Part shown: positions 1 to 9,637 of the stretch, in pieces
Layout of the letters: each line of letters opens with the position of its first letter
How positions within the stretch are numbered: position 1 is the first letter of the stretch
NCBI GenBank assembly: GCA_048937405.1
Contig: JBHLNF010000001.1
Span: forward strand, 160,001-224,000
Length of the DNA stretch: 64,000 nucleotides
Reading direction: 5' to 3'
Origin: Promethearchaeota archaeon
GTDB lineage: Archaea; Asgardarchaeota; Lokiarchaeia; Sigyniarchaeales; SOKP01
The notes under the pieces: generated by a model
The model's database searches: none
The model's input: the letters and a program-made list of their open reading frames with translations, nothing else
What the model was told of the DNA's origin: nothing
Translations under genes and position numbers: made by a program

Positions 1-157
1 TTAAAGCAATAGATAAAATTACCGTACTAATAGGTCCAATTTTTATACCTACTGAGCTATCCTGAAAGAATCTCATCAATCCTGCTCCTGCCATTGGCAT
101 CGGAGCACTCCCACTTCGTCTTTTTTTACGTCTTGATTGAGTTGTACGAGAGGACAT
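1..157 (-). CDS. secG: Preprotein translocase subunit Sec61beta/SecG (3' end runs off the window; absent from ORF track)
   Basis: Manual translation from ATG at 157: MSSRTTQSRRKKRRSGSAPMPMAGAGLMRFFQDSSVGIKIGPISTVILSIAL..; AGLMRFF...IKIGP plus a TM helix is the Sec61beta pattern. Confidence 0.85.
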   Translation of the reverse strand, partial: MSSRTTQSRRKKRRSGSAPMPMAGAGLMRFFQDSSVGIKIGPISTVILSIAL

Positions 158-312
158 TACTAAAGTTAGGTCTAAAATGTATAATAATTATATTGTAAGA
201 TAATTTCTAAAAGCATTTAAAATTTTTTTTTAAATCTTAGTACAAAATATGGAAAATTTTTTTATCTTGTTTTAATTATCTTTTGATAATTCTAAGAAAA
301 CATCAGTAGACT

Positions 313-2160
313 ATGTTGAAAAAAATAAAAATATCATTAGTTATTCTAATTTTCGTTATTTTTTTGATTAATATCTCCTACTTTCCTTGTTTTTTAGATT
401 TTGATAATAATAATAAAAATACTGATACAAATCAATTAAATAATTCTGCAAGTTTAGATGGAGTGGAGAATATATTAATAACCAATCTTTTTAGAAATGT
501 CACTCTGAGTGGTTACGGCTTTTCAACATTTGAAGACTCGATTTCAATTACAAATTTCAATAACAATCCTATCAACTCAATATTTATTGGAATACCATTA
601 AATAATTCAAAGAATTTGGTGTTTTTTAAATCTACGGGAGATAAGGGAAATACATTACATACAGAACGTCCGTTTTTAATAGTAAAAGATTATGAAATGT
701 TTGAAATTTATTTCGACTCCCCCTTATTGCCTCAACAAACGAAATCTATTAAATTCTTTCATCAATATAAAGATCTCATTACTTTTTATGTTATAGATAG
801 TAGTAATTTTCATTATTATACTGGATTGGTATATCCTATCTTACCATATAGAGTAGAAGGAGAGATAAAAGCTTATTATTACTTACCAGAAGGATCTGCA
901 GATATAGAGGGTGGATGGGGTTTTGAGCATGAGGAACCTGAGTATTTTATACGTTATGAATTAGTATTTATTGAAGACCAAATTGGTGATTTGATCTTAA
1001 CACCGTACATGGAAAATTTAGGCGAATTAAAGGAGATTTCCATCATTTATTCTCATGATTCTTTGTCAAAAATGGAAATCGGTAAAATTAATAGAGAAAT
1101 ATCAATTTCTCCATGGGGGATCATGAAAATTAAAGATGCAATTACAATTGAAAATGTAGGAACGGGCAATTATTACTCTCTCTCACTTTATGTACCATTA
1201 CAAGCTAAAGAAATAACTGTTTCAGATGACCTAGGAGGTTTGTATTTCACTGTAGATTCTAGTGCAGAAATGAAATTGGTATTTATTCAATTAACGATAA
1301 ATCGTATCATAATATTACCTAATACAACATATAGTTTTACCATTGAATATTACTTACCTTTTGAGGATTATTCATCCATAAACTGGTTTCAAAATTCAAT
1401 TCAACTTGATATTTTAGCAACTAAATTTGCTTATCTTGGAAAACATCAAACAATAAAAATTATTATAGATGGATGTGAAAACATTGATTTTATTACCGCT
1501 CCTCCAGAATCGATAAAAGAGTCACATGGTACTATGATAATAACATATGAGTCAGATTATGTTACTCCTTTTGAAAGTAATATCATCCAATTTACGTTCA
1601 CAATTGATCTTTTCAACTTACTTTTAAGACCCATTGCTATTATGCTTTTAATATCATTTCTAGCTATAATTTTTGTTTTATTTATCAAATTAAGAAAGGA
1701 AGGTAGTAAAACAGATTTATTAAAAAAAGAATTTATCCCTGTTAATGAAATAAGAGAATTCTGCTCTTTGTATGAAGAAAAAAATGCTTTATTCTTAGAA
1801 ATAAGTCAAGCAGATGAAGACCAAAGAAGAAAAAAAATCTCTAAAAATAATTATAAAAAAATTCTAGATAAAAATACATCAAAAATAGATGAAATACAAA
1901 AAGAAATTATTCCTTTTAAGAAAACTTTATCAGAGATAAACATTACGTTTGAAAATGTAATAAACAAGTTAGATGTTTTAGAAGCAGAGCGAATTAGCGT
2001 TAAGGATAGCTTAAATCTATTAGAATCTCGATATAAAAGAGGAAGATTGCCTTCCAGAGCTGCTTTCCTTAAATTATCTGATGACTTTAAGAAACGGAGT
2101 AAAAGAATAGAGAGAAATATTGATAAATTAATTCAACAATTAAGAAGTTATCTTCTATAA
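313..2160 (+). CDS. Ribophorin I (OST1/RPN1)-like oligosaccharyltransferase accessory subunit
   Basis: Signal anchor, two repeated beta-rich luminal domains (REISISPWGIMKIKDAITIEN, like the RPN1 IEVSHWGNI motif), one TM and a ~150-aa helical cytosolic tail. Confidence 0.75.
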   Translation: MLKKIKISLVILIFVIFLINISYFPCFLDFDNNNKNTDTNQLNNSASLDGVENILITNLFRNVTLSGYGFSTFEDSISITNFNNNPINSIFIGIPLNNSKNLVFFKSTGDKGNTLHTERPFLIVKDYEMFEIYFDSPLLPQQTKSIKFFHQYKDLITFYVIDSSNFHYYTGLVYPILPYRVEGEIKAYYYLPEGSADIEGGWGFEHEEPEYFIRYELVFIEDQIGDLILTPYMENLGELKEISIIYSHDSLSKMEIGKINREISISPWGIMKIKDAITIENVGTGNYYSLSLYVPLQAKEITVSDDLGGLYFTVDSSAEMKLVFIQLTINRIIILPNTTYSFTIEYYLPFEDYSSINWFQNSIQLDILATKFAYLGKHQTIKIIIDGCENIDFITAPPESIKESHGTMIITYESDYVTPFESNIIQFTFTIDLFNLLLRPIAIMLLISFLAIIFVLFIKLRKEGSKTDLLKKEFIPVNEIREFCSLYEEKNALFLEISQADEDQRRKKISKNNYKKILDKNTSKIDEIQKEIIPFKKTLSEINITFENVINKLDVLEAERISVKDSLNLLESRYKRGRLPSRAAFLKLSDDFKKRSKRIERNIDKLIQQLRSYLL

Positions 2161-2172
2161 ACTATCTTTATA

Positions 2173-2808
2173 GTGGAAAAATTCATGAAGCCATGGTTAT
2201 TTGATATATTAGCATGTCCTATTGATAAATATTTTCCATTAAAACTATATATTTTTTCCTTTGAAACCAAAACTGAAGAATTTCAAGTATTTCTTGACAA
2301 ATATAAAAAAAGAGATCTAAGTTCTATAAAAGAAGAGAAAATAATTGAAGTATCCATGAATAAAGATGTACTCTTAATAAAAGATAATATTATTATTGAA
2401 TTTTCCCCTCTTAAATCTTATCTTGAATTAATAATATCAAGTATTAGTGAATTAGATAATATCTTTGACAACACTAAAAAATTAACTAGTAAAGAATGTT
2501 TAAATTTAGTAAAGACAGAAGTTAAACAAAAAATTGTAGATTACTTGAAGAAGAACAATATTGAAAATATTGATGATATCTTTCCTGAATTATATTTTCT
2601 AAACAAAATAAAATTAGAAACAGAAATTGAATCTGGCTTACTATTTTGTGATAAATGTAAGAGATGGTATCCTATAATAGACACAATACCTCAAATGCTT
2701 CCAGATAAATATAGAGATCAACAAAAAGAAATTGAATTCCTTAAAATCAATAAAAATTTATTAGATGAAGAATTTTTTTTTCAAAACCTAAAACCATTTA
2801 ATATATAA
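2173..2808 (+). CDS. trm112: Trm112-family methyltransferase activator with a long central insertion
   Basis: MKPWLFDILACPIDK...EIESGLLFCDKCKRWYPIIDTIPQML; likely start is ATG 2185. Confidence 0.8.
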   Translation: MEKFMKPWLFDILACPIDKYFPLKLYIFSFETKTEEFQVFLDKYKKRDLSSIKEEKIIEVSMNKDVLLIKDNIIIEFSPLKSYLELIISSISELDNIFDNTKKLTSKECLNLVKTEVKQKIVDYLKKNNIENIDDIFPELYFLNKIKLETEIESGLLFCDKCKRWYPIIDTIPQMLPDKYRDQQKEIEFLKINKNLLDEEFFFQNLKPFNI

Positions 2809-2814
2809 AAAAAG

Positions 2815-2916
2815 AGCCCGGTGGTGTAGTGGCCAAGCATTTGGGGCCTTGAACCCCGCGACCACGGTTCGAATATTATCAAGTATGCTTGTTAATTGAA
2901 ATTCCGTGCCGGGCTA
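2815..2916 (+). tRNA. tRNA-Gln(UUG) with a 29-nt intron at position 59/60 (2874-2902)
   Basis: Acceptor AGCCCGG/CCGGGCT+A; anticodon stem TGGGG/CCCCG with TTG at 2849-2851; T-stem CACGG/CCGTG; bulge-helix-bulge AAT-[TTCG/TGAA]-ATT. Confidence 0.92.
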
Positions 2917-2989
2917 TTTTTATATAAAGAAAAAGGGAAATCTATAAAATACAATATCAATTTATGCGAAAATAATACTTCACAATAAC

Positions 2990-4354
2990 ATGCCTCCTCT
3001 TACAGATTTAAATTGGAGTTTTCTGGAAATATTTTATTTGATATTACTTTTTTTAATTGGAATTTTAGTCACTTTTAAAATACTCCCTTTTATAATAAAA
3101 TTCATGAATAAGAAAGATCATGTAGGTTATGATATACACAAAAACACCCAACCTAAAGTGGCTGAATCTGGTGGAATTGCTTTAGTTATTGGCTTTATAA
3201 TTGTTTCTATTTTCCTAATGTTTTTTTTTCCAATATTGTTAAAGGAAACACTTATTTTTCTATCTACTGTTGTTAGTGCGGGAGTTATAGGATTTATTGA
3301 TGATGTAAAAAAATTAAAATCTAGATATAAAATAATTCTTTCAATTTTGTGTGGTAGTCCTATTTTTATTGCGAATTACTTCGGATTTATAACAATTTCT
3401 TCACCCACAATTCCCTTTCTTGATAAAACCAGATTATCCTTTATATATCCACTTGTTATACCCATAATTGTAGCAGTTTTTGTCAATACTGTAAACATGT
3501 TAGAAGGATATAACGGAGAAGGTTCTGGAACATGTTTAATTATTGTAATATTTCTGGGTATTTGTGGGCTTATTTGGAATTCTGCTGAGGCTGTGCTGTT
3601 TACTATCCCAGTAATAGCGGTTTTAATCCCATTTTTTATTTATAATAAATATCCAGCAAAAATTTTCCCCGGAGATGTAGGAACTCTAAGTTTGGGAGCC
3701 ATGATTGCTTGTATTATGCTTTTTGGATCGCTTGAAGTCGCTACTTTTTGTGCCCTTCTCGCTCATATATTTAATAGTTTTTATGTTATCAATTCTGTTC
3801 GTGGATTTTTTGAAAGTACTGATATTCATAAAGATAGAGGTGACATCATATTGCTTGGAAATGATAGAATTAAAGCATCAGATAAAAGAGATGCTGCCTT
3901 AACCTTACCTCGGCTAATATTAGCGAAAGGGCCATTAACAGAGCCAAAGTTAGTAAAAAATTTCTTTGCTCTATCAACAATTTGTGGATTATTTTCTATT
4001 GTATCTATAGTCTTTTTACAGGTTTCCATAGGTAATTATGAAGTTATTGCTTTTTTTATTACAACCATTATTATTTTTTTTCCTACTATTTATATATTGT
4101 ATAAATTTCCTAGAATAAGAGGTATAGTCGTGCAGATGATCATTCTACTTGTTTCTATAACAATTTTTCTAGTTATTATAGAAGTATTTATTATGCCTTT
4201 GCCATTTGAAGATATTGAATTTTTTATAGTAGATATTCCTGTTAATCTTTTAATTTCTTTTCTTTTATTTGTTCCTGGATTATTATTATGGTATTTTCTA
4301 ACTATTAGATATTTTTGGTCTGTAATTAAGAAAATAAACAATACAAATAAATAG
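2990..4354 (+). CDS. aglH: UDP-GlcNAc:dolichyl-phosphate GlcNAc-1-P transferase (AglH/ALG7, MraY-like family) with extra C-terminal TMs
   Basis: GYDIHK..VAESGG, GFIDD, NTVNMLEGYNG, YPAKIFPGDVGT motifs. Confidence 0.85.
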   Translation: MPPLTDLNWSFLEIFYLILLFLIGILVTFKILPFIIKFMNKKDHVGYDIHKNTQPKVAESGGIALVIGFIIVSIFLMFFFPILLKETLIFLSTVVSAGVIGFIDDVKKLKSRYKIILSILCGSPIFIANYFGFITISSPTIPFLDKTRLSFIYPLVIPIIVAVFVNTVNMLEGYNGEGSGTCLIIVIFLGICGLIWNSAEAVLFTIPVIAVLIPFFIYNKYPAKIFPGDVGTLSLGAMIACIMLFGSLEVATFCALLAHIFNSFYVINSVRGFFESTDIHKDRGDIILLGNDRIKASDKRDAALTLPRLILAKGPLTEPKLVKNFFALSTICGLFSIVSIVFLQVSIGNYEVIAFFITTIIIFFPTIYILYKFPRIRGIVVQMIILLVSITIFLVIIEVFIMPLPFEDIEFFIVDIPVNLLISFLLFVPGLLLWYFLTIRYFWSVIKKINNTNK

Positions 4355-4427
4355 ATACAGAAATCTAACAATTTTCCTAAAAGAATTAAAATAATATTCA
4401 TTATCAGAAAAATACGAGGTATTAGAT

Positions 4428-6968
4428 TTGAAAAAATTTTTCAGAAATTTACTATTTGTTTTGTATCTTTTTATATCAATTGGATTTTCTTTTTTGTTCA
4501 ATACACTGTTTTTTCATTTTGATTGGTCAGAACTTATAGTAGATTGGATTTTTATAATAACAACTTTTCTATATTTATTGACAATTGAAGAATTTTATCA
4601 TTGGGTTCGAAATAATAAAAGAAGTGAAATGAGTGATATTGTAGCAATAGCTTTTTTCTTTTTCCTCATTTTGTTTTTTACAAAGGACTTTCTGACTTCT
4701 TTAATGGGAGCATTTTCGATTTATCTCTGGATTGGTATTTTTGAATTAAAAGATTATCCAATATTAAATAAAATATTGATAATCTCATTAGTGACCTACA
4801 ATATTATATTTTTTGCAGGTATCATTTCCTACTATCAAAATAATTCTTTTTTTATAAATACGGCTTTCGCATTTTCCTTCTGGATTATTTTGATTATGGG
4901 ATTTGTATTATTTGGGAGAAAATATTTAATTGTGTGGAGATTTATGAGTCCCGAATATCTAACACTATTTTTATATATAATAGCTTGGTTAGCAGTTACC
5001 TTTCTTAATCAATATACTGCTCTTAACTTCACTAGTAATAAACCATTAAATTTTGAACAACTAACTCTTCTTGATTTTTTTATGAATATATATTTTATTC
5101 TAGTCTGTGTAAATTGGATAATTTATTTTATTTCTGGTTCAATTTTAGATAAAATGCTTGGAATTAAGAGAATAAAAGATAAAACTATTTTGAAAAAAGT
5201 AACTGAAGTAAAGAATAAAATTGGAATTAAAGGTAAAGTAAAAGTAGGCTATGGAAAATATCCAATTTTAAATGCAATGGCATATGGCTCCTTTTTTGAT
5301 AATAGAATTGCTATAATTGCTGAAGATCTGAACCAAATCCCTAATGATGAGTTAAATGGAATTATAGCTCATGAATTAGCACATACTAAAGGACATCATA
5401 CATTAATATTAACTATAATCACAACAGGAGATCTATTAGTGAGAATGATTTTAGGTATTCCTGCCACATTATATGATTATACTTTTGGAAATCCGCAGAT
5501 TCCAATGATTGCTTTTATTTTTTTGAATATAGCGATATATATCCTTCTTTTTATATTTGTAAGAATTTTAGAAGGAAAGGCTGATTTAAAAGCGAAAAAA
5601 GCGGGATATGCAAGAGAACTAACTAAAGCTCTTTATAATTTAGAAAGTTTCTATGCTACTGGAAGAGAAATTGGATTAAATACAATGTTATTATGTGATG
5701 AAAAGATAACAAAAGATAATCAACTATTAGATTATATGAATACTGCTATATATTTGCATCATTCTATGATCAAACCATCAAGAGCATCACTAATTTCAAA
5801 TTTTATAAACTCTCATCCACCGAGTTATCATAGAATTGCAGCACTATTAAGTAATGATTTAAAGCCAAGCAAAGAAGCAATCCTTCCTTTTATTTGTTTG
5901 AAACAATCTAATCAAAAAAAATATGCTAGAAAATTTAAAATGGCTAGAGAGCAATTTAAATTGATAGCAAATGAGAAATTTAAAGAGTTTTTTAAAATTG
6001 ACGATATTTCTTCAATGATGGTCAAGCTTAAAAGGAATGAATTATATAAATTTGAAATTCAGAAAGATTTTGTTTTTCGCAATCTAATTACAGATGATTT
6101 AATTCTTGGAAAATTAGACGATGTTGAATTTGTTGATGATATCTCGGATCCTATTCAATTTATAATAAACGATACTAAAAATCACAAAATTTGTTATTTA
6201 AACTCATCAACCTATTTACGCATTCGATATGATATAAATGCTCAATATTTCTTACAGAAAGATCAATCCTTAACTTTAACTGATGTTGTAATTTCCAATA
6301 AAACCAAAAAACCGTATTATCTTTTCATGGAAAATGATATCACTAAAATCCAAAAATCAATTTTAAAAACACATTTACCAATTTCAATTTCTCAAATTGA
6401 TTCATTGAAAAATCAAGAGATTTTTTTAAAATCAAAAGGAACCTTAAAAAGATTTAAATGTACGGACATAATTAAAGCAGATAATTTGGGAAATTTTCAA
6501 ATTGAATTATCTAATATAGAAAATAAAGATAAAGAACCAATCAAATATACTTTCAATCAATTAATAATTCGACCTAAAAGAATTTATTTAAATATTAGTA
6601 GAAGATCAAGTTTTCGAGAATCTGAAGTTGATATCATTAAATGGTTATCCATCAATCAACTTCAAGCTTTTATTTATCTTAAGAAACCTGTGAATAATAT
6701 AGAAATTGGTTATATTCAGAATATTGAAGGCGATTTACAAAATAGTATGAAAAACTTCTCAATCAAAGATAAAAAAAATGAAAATGCTTTACTTATTATA
6801 AAGAATATTTTTGGAAAGGAAGTAAAAATCCCTTATAAGCAATTAGAGACAATTTATTTTGAATATGATGGTGCTCTAATACAAATTAAATCAGCGACAA
6901 GCTTTACTAGTCGTCTAGGGTATAAATTGCTAAAGAGGTTCAAACCTGAAAGAATCATTATGACTTAA
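4428..6968 (+). CDS. Large membrane M48 (HtpX/Ste24-like) zinc metalloprotease with N-terminal TM bundle and soluble C-terminal extension
   Basis: NAMAYG, HELAH, EGKAD, SHPPSYHRI motifs. Confidence 0.8.
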   Translation: MKKFFRNLLFVLYLFISIGFSFLFNTLFFHFDWSELIVDWIFIITTFLYLLTIEEFYHWVRNNKRSEMSDIVAIAFFFFLILFFTKDFLTSLMGAFSIYLWIGIFELKDYPILNKILIISLVTYNIIFFAGIISYYQNNSFFINTAFAFSFWIILIMGFVLFGRKYLIVWRFMSPEYLTLFLYIIAWLAVTFLNQYTALNFTSNKPLNFEQLTLLDFFMNIYFILVCVNWIIYFISGSILDKMLGIKRIKDKTILKKVTEVKNKIGIKGKVKVGYGKYPILNAMAYGSFFDNRIAIIAEDLNQIPNDELNGIIAHELAHTKGHHTLILTIITTGDLLVRMILGIPATLYDYTFGNPQIPMIAFIFLNIAIYILLFIFVRILEGKADLKAKKAGYARELTKALYNLESFYATGREIGLNTMLLCDEKITKDNQLLDYMNTAIYLHHSMIKPSRASLISNFINSHPPSYHRIAALLSNDLKPSKEAILPFICLKQSNQKKYARKFKMAREQFKLIANEKFKEFFKIDDISSMMVKLKRNELYKFEIQKDFVFRNLITDDLILGKLDDVEFVDDISDPIQFIINDTKNHKICYLNSSTYLRIRYDINAQYFLQKDQSLTLTDVVISNKTKKPYYLFMENDITKIQKSILKTHLPISISQIDSLKNQEIFLKSKGTLKRFKCTDIIKADNLGNFQIELSNIENKDKEPIKYTFNQLIIRPKRIYLNISRRSSFRESEVDIIKWLSINQLQAFIYLKKPVNNIEIGYIQNIEGDLQNSMKNFSIKDKKNENALLIIKNIFGKEVKIPYKQLETIYFEYDGALIQIKSATSFTSRLGYKLLKRFKPERIIMT

Positions 6969-6985
6969 AAAAGTTTAATTTACAT

Positions 6986-7933
6986 GTGTCTTTCAAAAAT
7001 TTAATTATGGCAAGTAAAATTAAAAGTATCATTCGACTTCTACGTATTCGACAATATTATAAGAACTTAATGATTTTTGTCGGGATCTTTTTCAGTTATA
7101 GATTATTTAATACCTCCCTCTATTTTCCACTATTAATTGGATTTGCTTTATTATGTTCAGCTTCATCTTTTAATTATATTATCAATGATATTCGAGATAT
7201 TCAAAATGATAAGAAGCATCCCGAGAAAATTAGAAAGAAACCTCTTGCTTCCGGAGATCTTTCAATTTCTTTTGCCATATTAGTATTATTTATATTAATT
7301 TTATTTATAGTACTAAGTTTGATATTTATTATTCCAAATCTCGGGCTAACACTCATGATAATATTGATTATCACAACAGGTCAGTTGTATAATTATTTTT
7401 TAAAAAATTATGCTTTTATAGATATAATTATCTTGTCCACGGGATATTTATGGAGATCCATAGCAGGCTGTGCAATAATTGGGGAATATGTTTCTGGATG
7501 GTTATATTTTGCAATTTTTGAGATTGCCCTATTATTAAGTATCGCAAAAAGAAAGGGTGATTTAGAACTGCTAGGTAAAGAGAAAGCCATTGAACATAAA
7601 AAAGTATATGATCAATACTCCAAAAAATTATTAGATCAATTTTATGTAATGATAGCGGTCTCTGTTTTTATAACTTATTCGCTTTATCTCATCTTTAAAT
7701 TTGATTTATTTATTCCAGAAGAAGCAAGCCTCAATGAACTGCTTGTTATCATAACAATACCAATTTCCCTCTATATAATTATGAGATTTATGTATCTTAC
7801 CTCTGCTAAACCAGAAGTTGCTCGTAGTACTGAAAAAGCTTTTCTAGATAAAGGTATAATTATTGCTGGGATCTTTCTATTTACAATATTACTAATTTCA
7901 TTTTATTTTGATGATTTTCTCGAATTATTCTAA
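6986..7933 (+). CDS. UbiA prenyltransferase family (polyprenyl-phosphate phosphoribosyltransferase-like)
   Basis: LLRIRQYYKN, YIINDIRDIQNDKKHPEK..KPLASG, AKRKGDL; multi-TM. Confidence 0.8.
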   Translation: MSFKNLIMASKIKSIIRLLRIRQYYKNLMIFVGIFFSYRLFNTSLYFPLLIGFALLCSASSFNYIINDIRDIQNDKKHPEKIRKKPLASGDLSISFAILVLFILILFIVLSLIFIIPNLGLTLMIILIITTGQLYNYFLKNYAFIDIIILSTGYLWRSIAGCAIIGEYVSGWLYFAIFEIALLLSIAKRKGDLELLGKEKAIEHKKVYDQYSKKLLDQFYVMIAVSVFITYSLYLIFKFDLFIPEEASLNELLVIITIPISLYIIMRFMYLTSAKPEVARSTEKAFLDKGIIIAGIFLFTILLISFYFDDFLELF

Positions 7934-8089
7934 ACATTGGAAATAGCATTAGATTTAATTCTCCCAGAAAATTTCATTTTTTATCATAAAATAATAGGAT
8001 ATTTAAATACAGCATTTAGAAGATTATTATAACATATATTCAAATAATTTTCCTCTATAACTACCTGATATTGAAGGAAAATTAAATAA

Positions 8090-9289
8090 TCACTCCAATT
8101 GAAGATCCATATAAGTTATCGCATTATAACAGATTCTTAGACAATCATTCAAAATTTTATTAGAACATTTATCTGGAGTGTCCAAGGTAGAATGAATGTA
8201 TTTTGAATCCTTGTCTGAATGAAAACAAGCTACTTGAAAAAATTTTCGTGTTCTTTTAGTATATGCATGAAAAGACCTATAATCACTTTTTGGTTTAATA
8301 ATCTTATTATATATTTCTAAAGGAATATTTAATTTCTCTGCTGATGTCCTTAAAATATCATTTAAATCCCTATTCATGGGCCTTTTTACAATTAGTCCTG
8401 TTTTCCCTAAAAGTCCGACATAACTCCCAACCATATCAATATTGATATTTATCGATCTTTCAAGATTATTATTGTTTTTAAATTCTTGAAAATATTTTTT
8501 TGTATATTTTTTTGAACCTTTTAATCCCCATTCTTCAGCACCAAACCATATGAATAAAACATCATAATTTTTAAGAGGCTTTTCCTTAATGATTTTTGAA
8601 AGTTCAATTAAAATTGAAACACCACTTGCATTATCAATTGAACCGGTTGATTTGCTAGAAGTAAAAATGAAAAGAAATATTGGGATAATAATACTTAATG
8701 TAACTAAAGAAAGAATACTAACCACATACAATATATAATTATTAAAAAAGGTAACATTGAATAAATTGAGTGTCAACCATACTGATATAAAAATAGCCAG
8801 ACTAATGTGAGGAATTATTATAAATCGAATAATGCCTAATAATACTCTTTGCACTTTATATGACACTCTTGATGAGACAGAATCGTAATGTGCAGAGAAT
8901 ATAACCAGCGGCTTAGGAGATTTGTTATTATTAATTGAAATTTTGGATATAAGATTCTTTGATTCTTCCTTCTTTACAAATGAAATATTACGGGTTTTAT
9001 AGAACATATATTTAATGAAATAAAATAGTACAATAATTAAATATAAGCGAAATATCAATAAATAGGCAAATAGCATTAAGTAAAGTGTTTTCATTAATAA
9101 TCTTATTGGCGTATTCCAAGAAAAATATTCAATTCTTGAATCAACACCCTGTAATCTCAACTTTTCTTGGATATAATTAATTGATTTGGTTTCTCCCACA
9201 CTAGCAGCTGAACGATCAAATGCTAATGCTCTCACATGATTTATAATGTTTAGTTCTTTATTTTCCTTGCTATTTACTCCTACTTCCAT
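8090..9289 (-). CDS. Membrane-associated M28 family peptidase
   Basis: SAHYDS, GSIDNASG, GAEEWGLKGS, NIDMVG, HSTLDT. Confidence 0.85.
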   Translation of the reverse strand: MEVGVNSKENKELNIINHVRALAFDRSAASVGETKSINYIQEKLRLQGVDSRIEYFSWNTPIRLLMKTLYLMLFAYLLIFRLYLIIVLFYFIKYMFYKTRNISFVKKEESKNLISKISINNNKSPKPLVIFSAHYDSVSSRVSYKVQRVLLGIIRFIIIPHISLAIFISVWLTLNLFNVTFFNNYILYVVSILSLVTLSIIIPIFLFIFTSSKSTGSIDNASGVSILIELSKIIKEKPLKNYDVLFIWFGAEEWGLKGSKKYTKKYFQEFKNNNNLERSININIDMVGSYVGLLGKTGLIVKRPMNRDLNDILRTSAEKLNIPLEIYNKIIKPKSDYRSFHAYTKRTRKFFQVACFHSDKDSKYIHSTLDTPDKCSNKILNDCLRICYNAITYMDLQLE

Positions 9290-9637
9290 TTTTTATTTGC
9301 TTTTAGTATGAAATATTTTAATAACGCTAAACTTTTATTATACTTTAATGTTTCTTTTATATAGTGCAATTATAGATTCCAAGTGATTTCTCTTAAAAAG
9401 CAATATCTAATTTTCCAATTCAATTTTTAATCTCCAATGTGATTTCCTAAAAAATAAATTACGAGTTGATTAATCAAATAAATAATTATTTTCTTCATTG
9501 ACTTTATTAGACACTCTAATATCATTATATATATAAAAAAAAACGATAAAACTTATAAGGAGTTGAATTTAAAACAATAATTAACAATAATTTAAATAAA
9601 ATTTTCTAAAAATTTAAATCATTTAAGTGATAAAAAT

